DNA of 20,000 bases from an uncultured virus (IMG/VR IMGVR_UViG_3300005680_000102) (taxonomy: Duplodnaviria > Heunggongvirae > Uroviricota > Caudoviricetes): positions 47,974 to 67,973 of the IMG/VR virus record IMGVR_UViG_3300005680_000102; one strand, given 5' to 3'. Below are positions 16,860-20,000 of the stretch, in pieces (the first letter of the stretch is position 1; each line of letters begins with the position of its first letter). The position numbers and the translations under genes were made by a program. The notes beneath the pieces were generated by a model, which saw only the letters and a program-made list of their open reading frames with translations, made no database searches and had not been told where the DNA came from.

Positions 16860-18668
16860 CTACTCGACGAGTTCCGCCTCCGCTTTCTCAATCAGCTCGC
16901 GGGCCTGACGCAACAAAGCGGCGGCTCGCGCGGCGGGACTGCCTGAAGGCGGCGGCTGCGGCGGATCGGGCGGGGCGGGAGGATCAACCGGCGGCGGGTC
17001 AACATCGGGAAGCTCGGCGCCGGCGAAGTGGAAGACGCCGGCGGGGCCGACTTCCGGAATGAGCACATCGCCAAGTTCCGGAACTTGCACGGTGACGTTC
17101 TCACGCATGGCCGTCGGCGAATAGGCGAAGATCAATGTCGGGCCGCTGGGGTCGTCACCAATTCGCCAGCCGAGCGCAAACATGTTGTGTTCTATCTGGC
17201 CGTCCTTCTGTGACCAGAGGTCTTTGCCGTCGGCGTCGTATCGCGGCGCATCGGCATCGGTGGTCAAGAGTCGGTTTTTGACCGGGCCGCTGGGCAAGAC
17301 CCAGCGAAAGAACGAAGGGTCGTCGGTGAAGATCGGTTTGGCTTCACGATAGAACCGCGAGAGCTTCGCGTCGCTGTGAACTTCATCGACCGCCTCCAAG
17401 AGCGAGTTGTAGAAGTCGCGTTCGGTCCAATGCCGGACCTCTGGCGGGTCGCTCGGGTTGTCGTAGAACACTCCGTCGAGCTTCGTCTGACTGGCGGCGA
17501 AGTATCGAAAGACGTCGGCGCGGGTGGCCCAGACTAGCCCGCGGTAGAAGCCCAGCGAGTCTGTGGGTGTCAAGTAGCGGCCCATTTCGTCGCGGCCTAC
17601 TTTGCGGCCATACGTCGGCGAGAGCCAGACGGAAACCTCATTCGGTTGGCCGGGGCGTAGCGATTGCACGATCTCATGGAGCGGCGCGGTATTGAGGGCC
17701 ACCGTGAGCGGCGAGCGCAGCCGGCGGTGATCGGTGAGCGGCGAGCCTGACTTGTCGGCGTAGATTCTGTCGCTCTTTTCGTGGTGCAGGTAGAGCGACA
17801 TCCCGCCCGGCGAGAACCCCCAATCGAGCAATGGGTTTCGGTAATCAAAGTCGAGGCGATCGATCGGCGTGTCGGCGTAGCCGCCGGTGTAAACGCGACC
17901 GCGCCAGACTTCGGGCAGGTTCGACAAGAATGCCGCCGTGAACGCTTCGTAGCGCTCGCGGTACATGCGATCTAGAGCCACCTGCAATTCGTTCGCGTCG
18001 GGATGCAGGGCCGCGTATTCCGCCGCACGAAGGTTGATCTTTTCCAGGTCGGGCCGCCAGTCGCGCAGTCGATTCCCCCACTCGTCCGTTTCCACCGGCT
18101 TGCCGGGAACGCGCGGTCGCGGAATCGTCAACGCGCCAATCTCTTGCTTCGTCGGCTCGTTGTTCTCCAGCGCCAAGATATGGCTGGCGTTCGGCAGCTT
18201 CGCGACGATGCCGGCCAGAAAGACGCTTTCCGCCGTCGCTTTGCCGTGCGCCGCCCATGCTTCGATGGGTCCGAAGGGACACACAACCGGCGTAGAGTCG
18301 AGCGAACCGTCGTCGCGCAATCGCCAGACGAGCGGCGAATCTTCCATCGGCCCGCGATCTTCGGGCTTGACCTCGGTGAAGTCAGAAAGCCAGTTGTGGT
18401 ACCGAATCGTGATCGGTGCGCCGGCGGGAATCCGCGACAGGTGCGACTCGTTCTCTTCGAGAAACCGTTCCAGCTTTTTCGGATTGTTGGCGTTTTGAAT
18501 CAAGATCGGCACGCCGATGGTCCACTCGACGTGATGCCCGGCGTCGGCCAGTTCGTGCTGGTGCGCGAGGCCCCAATCGTTCACATTCCAGCAAGCGACG
18601 CGCGGGGGCTCGGCGGCGAACACCGAACCTGAAAAAAGCAGCAGAAGGTAAGCGAGTATATTTTTCAT
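16860..18668 (-). CDS. Large secreted protein (602 aa), possibly glycoside hydrolase-like, with Pro-rich linker and C-terminal helix
   Basis: Signal peptide MKNILAYLLLLFSGSVFA, a LALENNEP motif, aromatic-rich body and PPPVDPPAPPDPPQPPP linker. Confidence 0.6.
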   Translation of the reverse strand: MKNILAYLLLLFSGSVFAAEPPRVACWNVNDWGLAHQHELADAGHHVEWTIGVPILIQNANNPKKLERFLEENESHLSRIPAGAPITIRYHNWLSDFTEVKPEDRGPMEDSPLVWRLRDDGSLDSTPVVCPFGPIEAWAAHGKATAESVFLAGIVAKLPNASHILALENNEPTKQEIGALTIPRPRVPGKPVETDEWGNRLRDWRPDLEKINLRAAEYAALHPDANELQVALDRMYRERYEAFTAAFLSNLPEVWRGRVYTGGYADTPIDRLDFDYRNPLLDWGFSPGGMSLYLHHEKSDRIYADKSGSPLTDHRRLRSPLTVALNTAPLHEIVQSLRPGQPNEVSVWLSPTYGRKVGRDEMGRYLTPTDSLGFYRGLVWATRADVFRYFAASQTKLDGVFYDNPSDPPEVRHWTERDFYNSLLEAVDEVHSDAKLSRFYREAKPIFTDDPSFFRWVLPSGPVKNRLLTTDADAPRYDADGKDLWSQKDGQIEHNMFALGWRIGDDPSGPTLIFAYSPTAMRENVTVQVPELGDVLIPEVGPAGVFHFAGAELPDVDPPPVDPPAPPDPPQPPPSGSPAARAAALLRQARELIEKAEAELVE

Positions 18669-18681
18669 CGTGTTTCTCAAA

Positions 18682-18763
18682 AGCGACCCCGAGGAATCGA
18701 ACCCCGAATCTTCGCGTGACTTGTCTCTGCCAGCGCGGTGCTCTGCCGTTGAGCTACGTCGCC
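18682..18763 (-). tRNA. tRNA-like element with a 17-nt anticodon loop (pseudo-tRNA, GGC at the anticodon position)
   Basis: GGCGACG TA GCTC AACGGCA GAGC A CCGCG CTGGCAGAGACAAGTCA CGCGA AGATT CGGGG TTCGATT CCTCG GGGTCGCT. D and T arms are canonical, the acceptor base is imperfect and no CCA is encoded. Confidence 0.75.
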
Positions 18764-18782
18764 CTAGATCGAGATCACCCCC

Positions 18783-19262
18783 TTAGTGACAAGACCCACC
18801 GAACACCGAGACCTGCGGCGATACGAACGGCGAACCGAACGCGAACGCCGACGACCGAAAGACCGTTCCTTGGAAACCGCGATTAAACACGTTGCCTGCC
18901 AGGCGAGCGTTGCCGAACGCATCGACCTCGAAGACGTTGCCGAAAGCGTCTTGCTTGACCGCCACGCCAAAAGCGTTGAAGCGAACCGGAGCCACAACCA
19001 CGTTTCGATTCACGAACGCCGCATTGGCGAACGGCACGGCGACGACGTTAATATCGCGCCCTCGATTCACTCGCCGGTTATCGACGCGAGCGCCGTTGAC
19101 GAACACGCGGTCGCGACCAAACAGGCGACGGTCCACCTGGACGTTGACGCCGTTCGCGTTGATATTCACGTCGCGGTTGCGAGCGAAGATTTGAGCCGAT
19201 GCGTCCTGAACGACGAACAGCAAGAGAACGAGAGGAAGCAGGAACACAAACAGATTTCTCAT
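18783..19262 (-). CDS. Secreted V/N/R/F-rich low-complexity beta protein
   Basis: Start MRNLFVFLLPLVLLLFVVQDASA at 19262 with AGGGG upstream and an A-x-A cleavage site. Repeated (N/D)AFG(N/V) units. Confidence 0.75.
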   Translation of the reverse strand: MRNLFVFLLPLVLLLFVVQDASAQIFARNRDVNINANGVNVQVDRRLFGRDRVFVNGARVDNRRVNRGRDINVVAVPFANAAFVNRNVVVAPVRFNAFGVAVKQDAFGNVFEVDAFGNARLAGNVFNRGFQGTVFRSSAFAFGSPFVSPQVSVFGGSCH

Positions 19263-19304
19263 TGGACAAGCCCCTTTGTGAAAAGTTGAAAACGACAGTC
19301 GAAA

Positions 19305-19375
19305 AGGATCGAGCCGGATTCGAACCGACGACCTCCAGGTGCCACCCGGCGCTCTACCTGCTGAGCTACCGACCC
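19305..19375 (-). tRNA. tRNA-Ala(GGC)-like element with a 2-nt-short anticodon arm
   Basis: GGGTCGG TA GCTC AGCAGGTA GAGC G CCGGG TGGCA CCTGG AGGTC GTCGG TTCGAAT CCGGC TCGATCC T. Has G3:U70, a 5-nt loop, a U discriminator and no CCA. Confidence 0.8.
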
Positions 19376-19383
19376 ACAAAAAC

Positions 19384-19581
19384 TCACGAAACCAACAGCC
19401 CTAGCAAGATGCCCAAAAGCGCACCGAAGATGACTGCGGGAATCATCAGCATCCCAGCCACCGCCGCGTACGCGCCGCCAGTCGTCTTGCTTGGGTTACG
19501 CTTGCTCATTGAAAACAGCACACAGACCATTACGACGGGCGTGACAATCCCTCCCAAAATACCGCACAATGTTGGAACCAT
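19384..19581 (-). CDS. Small two-TM membrane protein
   Basis: 65 aa with two hydrophobic segments around a basic loop (SKRNPSK); GGAG RBS. Confidence 0.7.
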   Translation of the reverse strand: MVPTLCGILGGIVTPVVMVCVLFSMSKRNPSKTTGGAYAAVAGMLMIPAVIFGALLGILLGLLVS

Positions 19582-19584
19582 GAG

Positions 19585-19998
19585 CTACTCCACCCCCACA
19601 GCATGAAACAAAATGCTCAACTCCTGCACACGCAACGGCGTACCAGGAACATCGCCTTCACCCAACGGCATTCGCTTCGTCGGATCGGCACTCGTTACAC
19701 GGGCGAGAACTTTCTGCCCATCGACGTTCGCCAGATTTGATAGGTCGAGTCCGCCCGCTTGGCGGGAAGGTCCGTGACAGGCAATGCACTTCGCGTTGAC
19801 CAGTTCGACGGTTCGTTGAGCGACCGCACTATTCGCTACTACATGATCCCGTGCCGACGCCCCGCCAACGCTTGCCGACGCCTGGATGTTCTGCGTGAAC
19901 GTCGCTTGAGTCTGTTCGGAAGTCGCCGACGTGTCCGCCAGAGCGTTTAACGCCGACGTGATGATTTGCCCCTTGATTTGCAGCTTGGCGATTTCCGC
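19585..19998 (-). CDS. C-terminal part of a protein with a planctomycete-type cytochrome c domain (5' end outside the window)
   Basis: Not in the ORF track. Manual translation: ...VELVNAKCIACHGPSRQAGGLDLS...KVLARVTSADPTKRMPLG...PLRVQELSILF...VE*. CxxCH at 19774-19788, with GGLDL and a distal-ligand MP motif. Confidence 0.85.
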   Translation of the reverse strand, partial: AEIAKLQIKGQIITSALNALADTSATSEQTQATFTQNIQASASVGGASARDHVVANSAVAQRTVELVNAKCIACHGPSRQAGGLDLSNLANVDGQKVLARVTSADPTKRMPLGEGDVPGTPLRVQELSILFHAVGVE

Positions 19999-20000
19999 CG

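Noticed and set aside
18682..19375. tRNA fragments as attL/attR prophage boundary
   Set aside because: Both elements have 5' and 3' halves, their 3' sequences differ, no integrase is nearby, and co-oriented genes continue on both sides.
19752..19766. Hairpin CCCGC-TTG-GCGGG
   Set aside because: It lies inside the cytochrome c coding frame and has no T-tract.
1..20000. CRISPR array, DGR, integrase or transposase, contractile tail sheath
   Set aside because: No regularly spaced repeats, reverse transcriptase, recombinase or sheath-sized gene was seen in the window.

Overview
This GC-rich window is a nearly uninterrupted minus-strand late operon of a tailed phage or prophage. The host is probably a Planctomycete, inferred from a planctomycete-type cytochrome c domain. 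In transcription order (right to left) it starts with an accessory block: a partial CxxCH cytochrome c protein, a 2-TM protein, two tRNA-shaped elements with aberrant anticodon arms, two secreted proteins, a candidate Acb2/Tad1-like hairpin protein, a stop-interrupted secreted protein, an Rmf-like protein, a membrane-anchored SNase nuclease and a holin-like protein. Next come terS, terL, a small HTH gene, portal, MuF-like head protein, protease-scaffold, a beta-sandwich head protein and the major capsid protein. The operon continues with two paralogous proteins, neck genes, tail tube, a -1 frameshifting tail chaperone pair and the start of the tape measure gene. No sheath gene is seen, so it looks siphovirus-like. 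Notable points: (i) the two abnormal tRNA-like elements; (ii) a 35-bp element fused to the start codons of both portal and protease, with a third core copy; (iii) the only credible plus-strand gene, a Zn-ribbon moron with a perfect extended -10 promoter overlapping the portal start and flanked by 12-bp direct repeats; (iv) a cytochrome c plus exported-protein cluster co-oriented with the virion genes. All family calls come from motif recognition and synteny; no database searches were run.
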